From the IMG/VR virus record IMGVR_UViG_3300049489_000987: a stretch of DNA of 64,000 bases; one strand, written 5' to 3'. The notes below the pieces were generated by a model. That model was not told where the DNA came from. It did not search any database and was given only the letters and a program-made list of their open reading frames with translations. The translations under genes and the position numbers were made by a program. Positions 49,992 through 60,244 of this stretch are shown piece after piece; within the stretch, counting starts at the first letter, position 1, and each line of letters opens with the position of its first letter. This DNA comes from an uncultured virus (IMG/VR IMGVR_UViG_3300049489_000987) (lineage: Duplodnaviria > Heunggongvirae > Uroviricota > Caudoviricetes).

Positions 49992-52591
49992 TGGCTAAAC
50001 AGAATTTACAATTAAATAGCTCTGTTTCTTTTAATTTAGTACCAGATCCTACAGGACAAAATGGTAAGGCATTAAAAGTTAATTCTGGTGGAACAGCTTT
50101 TATTTGGGGTAATAATACTTTAGCCGAAATATTAGCTTCAGGTAATTTAGCTGGTGGAACATCTATTATATTAGATTCTGGGGCTAAATTATTAGGACCA
50201 GCAATAGTATCTGGGCATTTGAATTTAGAAGCTGGCGTACATCCTTCTAATACAGGTGCTTCTGGTGATATTAATTTAAGTACTTTAACAAATGGTGTAA
50301 CTACCGTTTCAGGTAATATTAATTTAACATCAGCAGCAGCTGTTAATACTACAGGTTCATTAGTATTAACATCAGGAACAATTACTAATAGTGTAAATTC
50401 AGTTTCAACATCATCAGGTATTGTTTCCTTAACAACAGGAAATGTATCTAATGTAAATACAAATAATAATGCAATAGCTTCAGGAGCTGTATCTATAGTA
50501 ACAGGAAATGTTACAAAATTAGTTGGATCAACAGCCTCAAGTATAAATTCAGGAAATATTAGTTTTACTACAGGAACAGCCAATCAAGCTTCTTCAGGTG
50601 GCATTTCAGGATCGATTAATTTTACTACAGCAGCAGCTGATGGTAATGCTGGTTCATTCTTATTTACAGGCGGAGCATCAACAACAGCAGCAGGTGGAAG
50701 TATTACTTTCAATGCTGGAAATGGTGTTACTAAAGGTAAAGTAATAACTAAGGTAAATTCTGTAAATGCTGCGGTATTTGATGTAAATACGGCAACGTCA
50801 TTAACAGGGGCTGCTGATGGTTATGTGATGGTTTATAAATCAGCCACACAAAGCATTCAATATGTTCATGCTTCTACAATTCCAGGAATAGTTGGATCTC
50901 AGAATTTAAGTCAAGTATTAACATCAGGAAATATAACTGGCGCTAATAACTTAAAAGTAACAGATTCTCAGTATATAGAATTATTAGGAACTTCTTCTAA
51001 AATAGTAGGTGAGCAAGCAGTTGGCGGAAATGTAAGAATAGAAGGTGGATCATATACAGGAGCAGGTAATACTGGTTCAGTATTATTAAGTACTATTTCT
51101 CCATCAGGAGCAGGTAACACTGGTTCAATTAATTTAACTACTGGTGGAGCTTCTGGAAATTCCGGCTCAATTAATATAAGTACAAGTTCAACTGGAACAT
51201 CATCTGGAGCAATTCAATTATATACAGGAGATGGCGGATCAGCTGCATCTGGAGATATTAAATTATTTACAGGATCTGGAGCAGTTGCTGCTGGTAAAAT
51301 ATCAATATGTACTGGTGGATCTAGTACACCTTCTACTGCTGGTGGAATTGATATTATTTCAGTTAGTACAGGATTAGGTAATACAGGTAATATTAAAATA
51401 GAAACTAAGACTGTAGGCAGTACTTATAATGGTGGAACAATAACATTACTTGCTGGTGATGGTGGTATTTCAGGATCAGCAACTGGTGGTTTCTTATCAT
51501 TTAGAAGTGGTGGTGGTCTTAGAGGTGGAAATATAGAATTAGTATCTGGAAATAGCTCAGGAGCTTATGCAGGTTCTAAAATAGAAATATTCTCTGGTTC
51601 AACAGCTAATACTTCATATGCTGGTGGTGAATTAACATTAAAGGCAGGAAGTCATTCTTCTACTGGAACTGGTGGTGCATTAAATCTATATGCTGGTGAT
51701 ACTGCAAGTGGAACTGGTGGATATGTTAATATTTATTCTGGTTCGGGAGCTACCAAAGGTAAAATAAGATTTTATGCACAAGCATCAATTGCATTAACTG
51801 TAGATAATAATACGGCTACTACATTAGCTGCTGCTGGTGATGGTTATGTTGTAGTATATAATTCAGCTACTCAATCAATTAAGTATGTAGATCCAGCTAC
51901 TATTTCAGGTGGTGGTGGAACACAAACATTATCAAATGTATTAGCATTAGGAAATACTACTGGAGCTAATGATATTGTTGTTTCAACTGGTAGAAAGATA
52001 TCAGGTCAAACAACATTAGACTTAGCATCTACGACAGGTAATGCCTTAAATCTATTAGTTGGTTCTACAAATATATTAGCTGCAACAACAACAGCTTCTA
52101 CATTTAGTAATTATTTGTTATCAACTGGATATGGAACGACGCATCAAAGTACCAAACCATATACACCTGATTCTTCACATGGATTAATATGGACAAGATC
52201 AACTGATAAGAAGGCAATTTATTCGGATAATAGTTTAGATAAGCAAATTTGTACATATGATATTGATGGAACAGTAACTACAACAAATACTACACCAACA
52301 ACAGCATATACATTTGGAACTAGTACTGGTAAATTATATCAAATTAAATTATATGTATTATCAGCAACGGCAGCTGGTGTATCTCAATCTTGGGAATTAT
52401 CTGGAACATTTAAAAATGTATCAGGAACATTAACTCAAATAGGAAGTACATCAATAATTGTTGAGGAAATAGAATCAGCTTGTATAGTAGATTTTACTGT
52501 AAGCGGAACAAATGTATTAGTAACAGTAACTGGAACTAGTACATCAATTAGTTGGAAGATACTTGGAAGAGTTATAGATCTTAGCTTTTAA
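49991..52591 (+). CDS. Gly/Ser/Thr-rich tail fibre protein
   Basis: Many G(S/N/D)IxLxxG repeats; three LxxxLxxGN motifs; internal duplication; C-terminal domain similar to that of the collagen protein. Confidence 0.75.
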   Translation: MAKQNLQLNSSVSFNLVPDPTGQNGKALKVNSGGTAFIWGNNTLAEILASGNLAGGTSIILDSGAKLLGPAIVSGHLNLEAGVHPSNTGASGDINLSTLTNGVTTVSGNINLTSAAAVNTTGSLVLTSGTITNSVNSVSTSSGIVSLTTGNVSNVNTNNNAIASGAVSIVTGNVTKLVGSTASSINSGNISFTTGTANQASSGGISGSINFTTAAADGNAGSFLFTGGASTTAAGGSITFNAGNGVTKGKVITKVNSVNAAVFDVNTATSLTGAADGYVMVYKSATQSIQYVHASTIPGIVGSQNLSQVLTSGNITGANNLKVTDSQYIELLGTSSKIVGEQAVGGNVRIEGGSYTGAGNTGSVLLSTISPSGAGNTGSINLTTGGASGNSGSINISTSSTGTSSGAIQLYTGDGGSAASGDIKLFTGSGAVAAGKISICTGGSSTPSTAGGIDIISVSTGLGNTGNIKIETKTVGSTYNGGTITLLAGDGGISGSATGGFLSFRSGGGLRGGNIELVSGNSSGAYAGSKIEIFSGSTANTSYAGGELTLKAGSHSSTGTGGALNLYAGDTASGTGGYVNIYSGSGATKGKIRFYAQASIALTVDNNTATTLAAAGDGYVVVYNSATQSIKYVDPATISGGGGTQTLSNVLALGNTTGANDIVVSTGRKISGQTTLDLASTTGNALNLLVGSTNILAATTTASTFSNYLLSTGYGTTHQSTKPYTPDSSHGLIWTRSTDKKAIYSDNSLDKQICTYDIDGTVTTTNTTPTTAYTFGTSTGKLYQIKLYVLSATAAGVSQSWELSGTFKNVSGTLTQIGSTSIIVEEIESACIVDFTVSGTNVLVTVTGTSTSISWKILGRVIDLSF

Positions 52592-52599
52592 GGATTAAC

Positions 52600-55359
52600 A
52601 TGGCAGCACCTAAAGAAGGACAGTTAGGCTCTATTAGAGTATTAGATAAAGCAACATCTGGTACAATTGAAGCGAGCAATTCAAAGATAATAAATTTAGC
52701 TACACCTACACTTTCTACAGATGCAGCTACAAAAGGTTATATTGATGGATTGCCAGCAATACAATTAGGACCATCTAATACTGTATTAATAGGCGGAGCT
52801 TCATCTAATTCATTTTCAGCTAATCCTAAGATTACTTCATTAACTGCATTAGATGGTGCGGCTGCTGCTCCTACATCTGGATCTATAAGATTAGGACAAG
52901 CAACAGCTACTAAAAACATTAATGTATTAACGTCTGGTGGGTCTGTTACTGTAGATTTAATATCATATAATAGTGCTGATTTAACTAACGTAGGAAATCC
53001 TACAGTTGGAACATTAAATATAGACGGCTTTTCATTAATAACAAATAAGATTGCAGGAACAACAAGAGTATCTGTAGATGGAACTAGAGCTAATTTTCAA
53101 TTTGGCGGATCTACAGGGAATGTAATTTTAAGAAATAGAGTAAGTACAGCTTCATATGGAGCTGTGTATTTGGGAATTGCATCAGGATCTGAAACAGCAT
53201 CAAATTATTCATTAATGGGTGATGCTGCATGGACATATTTAAATGCAACGTCACAAATATTATTTCAAATTGGACCAACAACAAGAAATTATTTAACAGA
53301 CACTGAAAATATATTTGCATTTGGAGCATCTACAGGAACAGTAATTATTAGAGATAATACATCTGATAATACACAGGGCGCAATTTGGCTTGGAATACCA
53401 AATGGTTCTAAAACATCAGCAAACACAATAGTATCTGGAAAATCAGGATTTTCTAAGATAGGAAACATGACAGGAAGCTCATACTTTGATGGAAATCCAT
53501 CTTATTATAGAGCAGAGAATCATGTATTTAGAGATACTAGTGATGTAGAAATAGGTACATTAGGAGTAACAGGTTGGTCATTTAAAGACACAAGAACAAT
53601 AGGAATTACTCAAACAGCATCTACTACTTTAGCAGGTAAAACATTAACTATAACTGCGCAATCATCATCTTTAATAAATAGTACAGGCGGAAATCTAAAT
53701 CTATCAGCAGGAGATAATACAAATGCTGGTGGTTCAGGATCTGTTGGAGGTACTTTAAACTTATCTTCTGGAGCAGGCAGTACAGCAACTAAATATGGAC
53801 CTGTTTATATTTCTATTGGTGGTCAATGGTTACAAAAGTATTATATTGACTCTGTAACGAATGAAACAGAAGATAAAATACTTGCAAATACAATATATAC
53901 CTTTGGTAAAGGTACTATAAAAGCAAAATCTATACAAATAGATTCTGGAAATAGTTATTTATATCCATTTACTTTTCAAGCAGCAAATGGAGCAACAGCA
54001 TCTACAGCATCTGATGGCGGACATGTTTATATTATAGGTGGCTCTGGCTATGCTTCAACTGGAGCATATACTGGTAATGGCGGGTATGCAATATTAGATG
54101 GTGGTGCTAAGGGCTCATCTGCAACTAGTTTAGATGGAAAATCAATATTATCATGTGGTGGTATATGGAAAGTAATTACATCTAGCTATTCTCGTGGTGG
54201 GTCTGATGATGGTCAGGTATTATTAAGATTACCTGATATTATGTTTGATGATTTTATATCTAATCCTAAGATATCAATAAAAGATTCTGCCACACCAGTA
54301 GGCTCATTTACAATTTCTTCAGCAACTTCTGTTGGAAATGCTGCGGCAGGTCAAGCGTTAAATATATATTCTGGAAATGGCACAACAGGCGGTACAATTT
54401 CTATTACTCCAGGAATAGGAAGTGTTGGAAGTGGTCATGGATATGTTGCATTAGGAAGAAATACAAATGCCAATAGCGTATTGTTAGTTAAAAAAGATGG
54501 CATGTATTTTACTTACAACCAACCTGCCCCAACAATTGGAGTAGCGGATACTAGTGGCACTTCAGTTACAGAAGTATTATCAATACTAGGACAATCTACA
54601 ACTGGAACAGTTCAAGGTGGACAAGTAAGAGTTAAATCGGGAACATCTACAGGAAATACAAGTGGAGATGTATTAATTGGTTCTGCTCCACAATCAACTG
54701 GTTCTGGTTATTTAAGTCTTACTACTGGAGACGTTACAGATAACAGCGGTGTTACTGGACCTATATTTATTACTTCTGGAAATTCAACTGGAACCACAAG
54801 TACATCTGGAGCAATAACACTTACTACAGGGACAGCAACAGGTACAAGAGGAAAAGTATACTTAAAAGGATTAAATACATCTGTAGAAACAGAATTAAAA
54901 GTATATGTTGCTGGTTCAGAGTCTACAAATTATTCTATATTACAAAATAATAAGATTAATTTCTATGCTGATTCAGATACTGAGATAAAATCAGTAGCAA
55001 CAATGTCAGCAACAAGGCATTTAACTATCTCATCAAATTTTTCAGCAACAACTGGAATTAATGCAGGTAATTTAAATCTTTATGCAGGAAATGCTTCAGT
55101 TGGAAATGCAGATGGTGGAAATATAAACGTATCAGCTGGAATCAAATCAGGTTCAGGTCAAGATGGAAATATCTATATATCTACAGCAGGTACTTTAAGA
55201 TATGGTATATTAGCGACAGGAGAAACGTTAATTTATTCTACTGCATCTACTATAAGTCCAAAATCTACGTTACAAATGTTTAATAAATCTGGTGTATTAC
55301 AAATAATTAGAGATAGCACAACTAATTATTATGTTTCTTTAACAGCAGAAACGATATAA
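52600..55359 (+). CDS. tail fibre/adhesin-like protein
   Basis: KIINLATP...DAATKGYID fibre motif; GGNLNLSAG-type repeats. Confidence 0.75.
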   Translation: MAAPKEGQLGSIRVLDKATSGTIEASNSKIINLATPTLSTDAATKGYIDGLPAIQLGPSNTVLIGGASSNSFSANPKITSLTALDGAAAAPTSGSIRLGQATATKNINVLTSGGSVTVDLISYNSADLTNVGNPTVGTLNIDGFSLITNKIAGTTRVSVDGTRANFQFGGSTGNVILRNRVSTASYGAVYLGIASGSETASNYSLMGDAAWTYLNATSQILFQIGPTTRNYLTDTENIFAFGASTGTVIIRDNTSDNTQGAIWLGIPNGSKTSANTIVSGKSGFSKIGNMTGSSYFDGNPSYYRAENHVFRDTSDVEIGTLGVTGWSFKDTRTIGITQTASTTLAGKTLTITAQSSSLINSTGGNLNLSAGDNTNAGGSGSVGGTLNLSSGAGSTATKYGPVYISIGGQWLQKYYIDSVTNETEDKILANTIYTFGKGTIKAKSIQIDSGNSYLYPFTFQAANGATASTASDGGHVYIIGGSGYASTGAYTGNGGYAILDGGAKGSSATSLDGKSILSCGGIWKVITSSYSRGGSDDGQVLLRLPDIMFDDFISNPKISIKDSATPVGSFTISSATSVGNAAAGQALNIYSGNGTTGGTISITPGIGSVGSGHGYVALGRNTNANSVLLVKKDGMYFTYNQPAPTIGVADTSGTSVTEVLSILGQSTTGTVQGGQVRVKSGTSTGNTSGDVLIGSAPQSTGSGYLSLTTGDVTDNSGVTGPIFITSGNSTGTTSTSGAITLTTGTATGTRGKVYLKGLNTSVETELKVYVAGSESTNYSILQNNKINFYADSDTEIKSVATMSATRHLTISSNFSATTGINAGNLNLYAGNASVGNADGGNINVSAGIKSGSGQDGNIYISTAGTLRYGILATGETLIYSTASTISPKSTLQMFNKSGVLQIIRDSTTNYYVSLTAETI

Positions 55360-55366
55360 AGTAATT

Positions 55367-55804
55367 ATGGCAACTGCTACAGTAGAGCATATTTATACTT
55401 GGAATGGAACTGGTACAGGTGCAAATGCTACCTATACTAAAGATATAGATATTAATACAATTAATGGAGTTTCATTTTCAGGTTCAAATACAATTTATAT
55501 GTTAGAAACGACAATAGTTGTTCATGGTGGTTCAGCTGCTTTATCAGCAGCTCAATTATATAGAAGATCTTTTGCTGTATTTAAATCAGCAGCAGATGCA
55601 GTTTCTATGACATTAACAACTGTTGGTGGTTCTTTTGATAATGCAGCTTGTGATAAGCAAGCAATAACACCAGCTGCTACTCCAATAAATTATACAAATC
55701 CAAGTACTACAAATATAAGAATAACTTTTACTAATAACTATTGGTCAACATCAGCTATTTATTACAGAGCTATTTGTAAAGTAATAGCATATAAGGCAAG
55801 CTAA
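55367..55804 (+). CDS. small beta-rich virion protein, paralogue 1
   Basis: MATATVEHIYTW...YRAICKVIAYKAS. Confidence 0.7.
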   Translation: MATATVEHIYTWNGTGTGANATYTKDIDINTINGVSFSGSNTIYMLETTIVVHGGSAALSAAQLYRRSFAVFKSAADAVSMTLTTVGGSFDNAACDKQAITPAATPINYTNPSTTNIRITFTNNYWSTSAIYYRAICKVIAYKAS

Positions 55805-56226
55805 TGGCAACAGCAACAGTAGAACATATTTATACTTGGACAGGATCTGGTACATCTGCTACTTATACTAAAAATATAGATTTAAATACAATTAATGGAG
55901 TTTCTTTTACAGGTGCTCATACAATCTATATGTTAGAAACAACAATATCTGCACATGGAGCTGATGTATCAACTATTTCTCAAAGTTATAGAGCAGCAAA
56001 AGGGTTTGTAAAAGACAATACTGATTATTGTTACGATTTTTCTTCTACTGCTCAAGGTGTTTTTTCAGCAGCTGCGGATAATAATGCGCAATCTACAGTT
56101 GCTGCAACTCCAATAGCATATTCTGTTTCTGGAACAACTGTAACAGTTACATTTACTCCAAATTCAACTGTATATACATTATACTTTAGAGCAATTTGTA
56201 AAATAATAGCATATAAGGCAAGTTAA
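55804..56226 (+). CDS. small beta-rich virion protein, paralogue 2
   Basis: MATATVEHIYTW...FRAICKIIAYKAS; TAATG coupling. Confidence 0.7.
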   Translation: MATATVEHIYTWTGSGTSATYTKNIDLNTINGVSFTGAHTIYMLETTISAHGADVSTISQSYRAAKGFVKDNTDYCYDFSSTAQGVFSAAADNNAQSTVAATPIAYSVSGTTVTVTFTPNSTVYTLYFRAICKIIAYKAS

Positions 56227-56660
56227 TGGCAACACAAACCGTAGAGCATATTTACACTTGGACAGGATCTGGAACAGCTACAACCTATACTAAAAATATA
56301 GATATAGGAACTGTAAATGGCGTTTCATTTGCTGGAGCTAATACTACTTATTTACTAGAAGTAACTTTGCTTGCACATGGAGACAATACAACTTTAGTTA
56401 GTTCAAGTCAAGTTTATAGAAGAACATTTACTATTTATAAAGACACAAGTAATGCTTTAAATATAACAACTATTGTTAAAGCAGGTTCTTTTACACAACA
56501 GGCAGATTTTGCTGCTTTTTCAACAGTAAGCGCTACTCCATTAGCAGTCACTGTTAGTTCAGGAACGACAATTACTATTACATTTACACCTGTATTGTAT
56601 TCTACAAATCAACTTTATTATAGAGCAATAGCTAAAATGATAGCTTATAGAAATGCTTGA
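56226..56660 (+). CDS. small beta-rich virion protein, paralogue 3
   Basis: MATQTVEHIYTW...YRAIAKMIAYRNA; TAATG coupling. Confidence 0.7.
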   Translation: MATQTVEHIYTWTGSGTATTYTKNIDIGTVNGVSFAGANTTYLLEVTLLAHGDNTTLVSSSQVYRRTFTIYKDTSNALNITTIVKAGSFTQQADFAAFSTVSATPLAVTVSSGTTITITFTPVLYSTNQLYYRAIAKMIAYRNA

Positions 56661-56672
56661 TATATATTTAGC

Positions 56673-57485
56673 ATGAAAGCTAAGCAAGTTAATATTATTT
56701 GCCCATTCTCAAGACCAGACCAAGTAAATAATGTATTAGAAAATTTTAGTAGACAAACATTTAGTAATAAACAATTAATTGTTATTGAAAATGGAAATGC
56801 TTTAAATACATTTCCCAAAGATAAAGCAATAGTATTAACATCAGATAATCATCAGTCATTTGCTAAAAATACAGGGTTAGATTATTTAAAATCTAATGGA
56901 GGTGGTTTTTGGACAACATTTGATGATGATGATTATTATGGTAAAAATTATTTACAAGAATTAATTGATAATTCAGATAAAGCTAATATTATAGGAAAGA
57001 AATCATTTTTCTGTAAGACATTTGAAAATAAGATGAGGTTGTTTCTTCATGAGGATGAAGGCAAACAATGCTTTGCTGTTCATGGACCTACGATATCTGC
57101 TTGGGCAGAAGATTCATTATATTTTAATGATACAGGAAGATGGGGAGAAGATGTTGAGTGGGAACAAAGAATGGTATTGAATGGAGCCACGATAGCTTCT
57201 ACATCTAAATATAATTTCATGTTAAATAGAAATAAAGGACAAAATCATACTTGGGTAGTTGATGATACTCAAATAGCAATGTTATTAGGTTTTCATAAGT
57301 TTGATATAACAGAATTTGATTATGATTTAGATATAGTTGAAGGAAAAGAAATTACTGATTCAGTAAAAGTGATTCCTGAAGATTGGGTTATAGAAAAGGA
57401 CCCTTCTTATTTGTATTTAGAAAATACGCAGGGAGATTTCTTTGAAAGAATGAAAGGATTTGATTTTGAATCCATTACACATTGA
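56673..57485 (+). CDS. GT2-like glycosyltransferase
   Basis: NIICPFSRP, RQTFSNKQLIVIEN, AKNTG, FDDDDYYG, GED. Confidence 0.75.
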   Translation: MKAKQVNIICPFSRPDQVNNVLENFSRQTFSNKQLIVIENGNALNTFPKDKAIVLTSDNHQSFAKNTGLDYLKSNGGGFWTTFDDDDYYGKNYLQELIDNSDKANIIGKKSFFCKTFENKMRLFLHEDEGKQCFAVHGPTISAWAEDSLYFNDTGRWGEDVEWEQRMVLNGATIASTSKYNFMLNRNKGQNHTWVVDDTQIAMLLGFHKFDITEFDYDLDIVEGKEITDSVKVIPEDWVIEKDPSYLYLENTQGDFFERMKGFDFESITH

Positions 57486-58263
57486 TTGGAAAATTACAAA
57501 TGTCTGTAATTTTAAATGTACATATTGTGATCCTATTTTAAATACAGGAAAAACTCAATTATTATCAAGTGAAGATGTATTAGCTTTTTTAAAGCAAATA
57601 AAAAGACCTATTAAGTTAGAGTTAACAGGTGGAGAACCAACTTCATTTAAAGGTATAGAAGATATTTTAAATTATACTTGTAGTAAAAGTATTACTACTA
57701 ATGGTTCTAAATCTATTAAATGGTGGGAAGAAAATATAGATAAGCTTGATAGTGTTATTATAAGCTATCATCATAATGTATCTAATTTAGATCATTTGCT
57801 TAAGATAGCTAAGATCAAAAGAAAAGCTCATTTACACTTTAGCGTGTTAATGAACTTGGAAAATTTCTATGAGATTTATGATATAGCTGTAAATTTACAA
57901 GAATTTGCTGATACTGTACATTTATTACCTATAAGAAGCCCATTACCTAATCTTAATAAATCTAATTTAATTAGATATTCTAAAGATCAATTAGAACATA
58001 TGTTAGAACAAGAAAAACATTTTAAGACTAAATTTAAATCATTAGATTTTTATTTAGATATGATTAAAGGAAATAATTATATAGGAAAGAAATGTGGAAT
58101 GGGCAAAGATTATATAGTAATTGATGAATGTGGAAATATTAAAAATGCTTGGTGTACACATTCGGTTATTGGTAATATTAAGAATGACTTAGTATTAAGT
58201 TCGGAATATTTTACATGTGATAAGATTGTTTGTCCCTGTATTCCTGGGCAAATGCCTACATAA
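57460..58263 (+). CDS. radical SAM protein with C-terminal SPASM/twitch-like cysteines
   Basis: CNFKCTYC, GGEPT, ITTNG, CGMG...WC...CDKIVCPC. Confidence 0.88.
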   Translation: MILNPLHIDWKITNVCNFKCTYCDPILNTGKTQLLSSEDVLAFLKQIKRPIKLELTGGEPTSFKGIEDILNYTCSKSITTNGSKSIKWWEENIDKLDSVIISYHHNVSNLDHLLKIAKIKRKAHLHFSVLMNLENFYEIYDIAVNLQEFADTVHLLPIRSPLPNLNKSNLIRYSKDQLEHMLEQEKHFKTKFKSLDFYLDMIKGNNYIGKKCGMGKDYIVIDECGNIKNAWCTHSVIGNIKNDLVLSSEYFTCDKIVCPCIPGQMPT

Positions 58264-58267
58264 TTAT

Positions 58268-58741
58268 ATGCCAGTTGTATCTATGCCTATTGTTGATAAG
58301 ACATTTACTTATGCTGTAAGTATTCCTGCCACCAGTACTACTGCTGTAAATATTGATATTAGTCAAGTAAAGCTTTTTCAATTATTGCAAAATGCCTATA
58401 TTAATGAGAATCCTGCTGCCAGATATTCTTTAACTGCAATTACTGAGTTAGTGGCTATTAAACCAGTAGTTGCTTCTGTTGTAGAATTTCCAGTTTTATA
58501 TAGGAAATATATTTCTGTTTTTGTTAAAGATCCAATAGGTGGAATGGTCCATGCAAGAACAATAACAGACAATGATGTTTATGGTAATACTACAATAGGT
58601 CAAACTGGATTCCCAGTAAATCCAATTACATTAACATGGTCTGTTAGTTCTACAACATTAACTATGATTCTTACTCCAACTTCATATTCTGGAATTGTAA
58701 ATTACACAGTTAAAACTAACATTATATCTTCCCCATATTAA
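58268..58741 (+). CDS. small beta-rich protein, distant paralogue of the 55367-56660 trio
   Basis: VDKTFTY, VNIDI, LYRKY..VFVKD, NPITLTWSVSSTTLTMILTP align with the trio; start is 58268 or 58283. Confidence 0.55.
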   Translation: MPVVSMPIVDKTFTYAVSIPATSTTAVNIDISQVKLFQLLQNAYINENPAARYSLTAITELVAIKPVVASVVEFPVLYRKYISVFVKDPIGGMVHARTITDNDVYGNTTIGQTGFPVNPITLTWSVSSTTLTMILTPTSYSGIVNYTVKTNIISSPY

Positions 58742-59193
58742 GTTCTCTTATAATAAGCTACCTTTAATGTTTCATCAAGGTCTGAAATATTATCCAGTTT
58801 AAACATTAAAGGATTTATCCAAGGAAATTTAACATCTCCATTTACTTCATCTGGTATTAAGGTAAGATAAATACCATCTGCATATTTCATTGCTTCTTGA
58901 TATATTGTCGCTCCACCAGCAAACCATATATCTCTATCTTCAACTAATGCATCTGATATTGTTTCATAGCTTTTAACACCATCAAAAGAAGCTGTAGATA
59001 TTACCCTTGTTTCTCTTCCAGGTAAAGGCTTACCTATACTTAAATAAGTATTATGTCCCATTATTAAAATAGGATCATTACCTTCACTTGTCTTTTTTTT
59101 AAAATATTGAAAGTCAGATTTATAATGCCAAGGAATAGTATTGTTTTTTCCTATAAATCCATCTTTACTTACTGCCGCTATTATATTCTTCAT
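58738..59193 (-). CDS. folA: dihydrofolate reductase
   Basis: IG.NNTIPW...DF.YFK, MGHNT, KPLPGR, GGATIY, GDVKFP. Confidence 0.92.
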   Translation of the reverse strand: MKNIIAAVSKDGFIGKNNTIPWHYKSDFQYFKKKTSEGNDPILIMGHNTYLSIGKPLPGRETRVISTASFDGVKSYETISDALVEDRDIWFAGGATIYQEAMKYADGIYLTLIPDEVNGDVKFPWINPLMFKLDNISDLDETLKVAYYKRT

Positions 59194-60080
59194 ATAGCCA
59201 TCTCTGCTTTAATAGCTGGATCGTGTTGATAGTTATGAATTGTAAAATCTTCAAATGTTAGTTTTTCTATATCTTCAATTGAACTAACTTGCTTCATGGT
59301 CATTGTAGGGGGTTCATAAGGAACTCTCATTAATTGAGTCTTAACTTGTTCAATATGATTGTTGTAAACATGAGTATCACCACCTGCAAAGATTACTTCT
59401 TTGGCTTTTAATCCTGTAGCTTCTGCTAAGATTCTACACAATATAGAATAACTTATAATATTGAATGGCAATCCTAAGAATGAATCAACAGATCTTTGAT
59501 ACCATTGTAAACTTAAATTGCCATCATTTACATATAGTTGAAATAATATATGGCATGGAGGCAAAGCCATTTGTGATAATTGAGAAGGATTCCAAGCAGA
59601 TACAATCATTCTTCTATCATCAGGATTAGTTTTTAGTGTATTAATTACTTCTCTTAATTGATCTACACCAGGATCTAAATAATCAGATACTTTATCATAT
59701 AATCCTGATTTTTGTCCATTAAACTTTCTCCATTGCCAACCATAGCCTAAACCCATATCACCTTCAGGAAGATAAGTTAGACCTCGTTTATCTAAAAATT
59801 CCCTTGAAGTATTGCCTTTCCAGATATTAACATTCTTTTCTTCAAGTAATTTTGTATTAGTTTCTCCTCTAATGAAAAACAATAATTCTTCAATGATACC
59901 TTTCATGTACATTTTCTTGGTTGTAATGATAGGTATTTTATTATCAGTTAAATCAAAACGTAATTGAGTACCAAATATACTTTTAGTACCAATTCCTGTT
60001 CTATCAGTTTTGTTATCACCTGAATATACAATTTGCTTCAATAAATTTAAATAATTCTTTTCGCTCATCTTAAACTCCAT
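59190..60080 (-). CDS. thyA: thymidylate synthase
   Basis: DRTGIGT, YGWQWR, ALPPCH, YQRSVDSFLGLPFN, HVYNNH; true start may be MSEKNY at 60068. Confidence 0.95.
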   Translation of the reverse strand: MEFKMSEKNYLNLLKQIVYSGDNKTDRTGIGTKSIFGTQLRFDLTDNKIPIITTKKMYMKGIIEELLFFIRGETNTKLLEEKNVNIWKGNTSREFLDKRGLTYLPEGDMGLGYGWQWRKFNGQKSGLYDKVSDYLDPGVDQLREVINTLKTNPDDRRMIVSAWNPSQLSQMALPPCHILFQLYVNDGNLSLQWYQRSVDSFLGLPFNIISYSILCRILAEATGLKAKEVIFAGGDTHVYNNHIEQVKTQLMRVPYEPPTMTMKQVSSIEDIEKLTFEDFTIHNYQHDPAIKAEMAI

Positions 60081-60244
60081 AAAATAATCTGTTCAACAAT
60101 GATATATAACAAGAGATCAGATAATTTGTAAAATTTTTATACAAAGTTGATGAATAAATTATAATAAATGTTAAGATTTTTCTATATTATCTAGTTAATG
60201 ATATAACACATAATAAAAAGTTAATGGCGCAATCAGTTCTTTAC

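Noticed and set aside
55367..56660. Diversity-generating retroelement or shufflon
   Set aside because: No reverse transcriptase, adenine-specific TR/VR pair, invertase or inverted crossover sites seen
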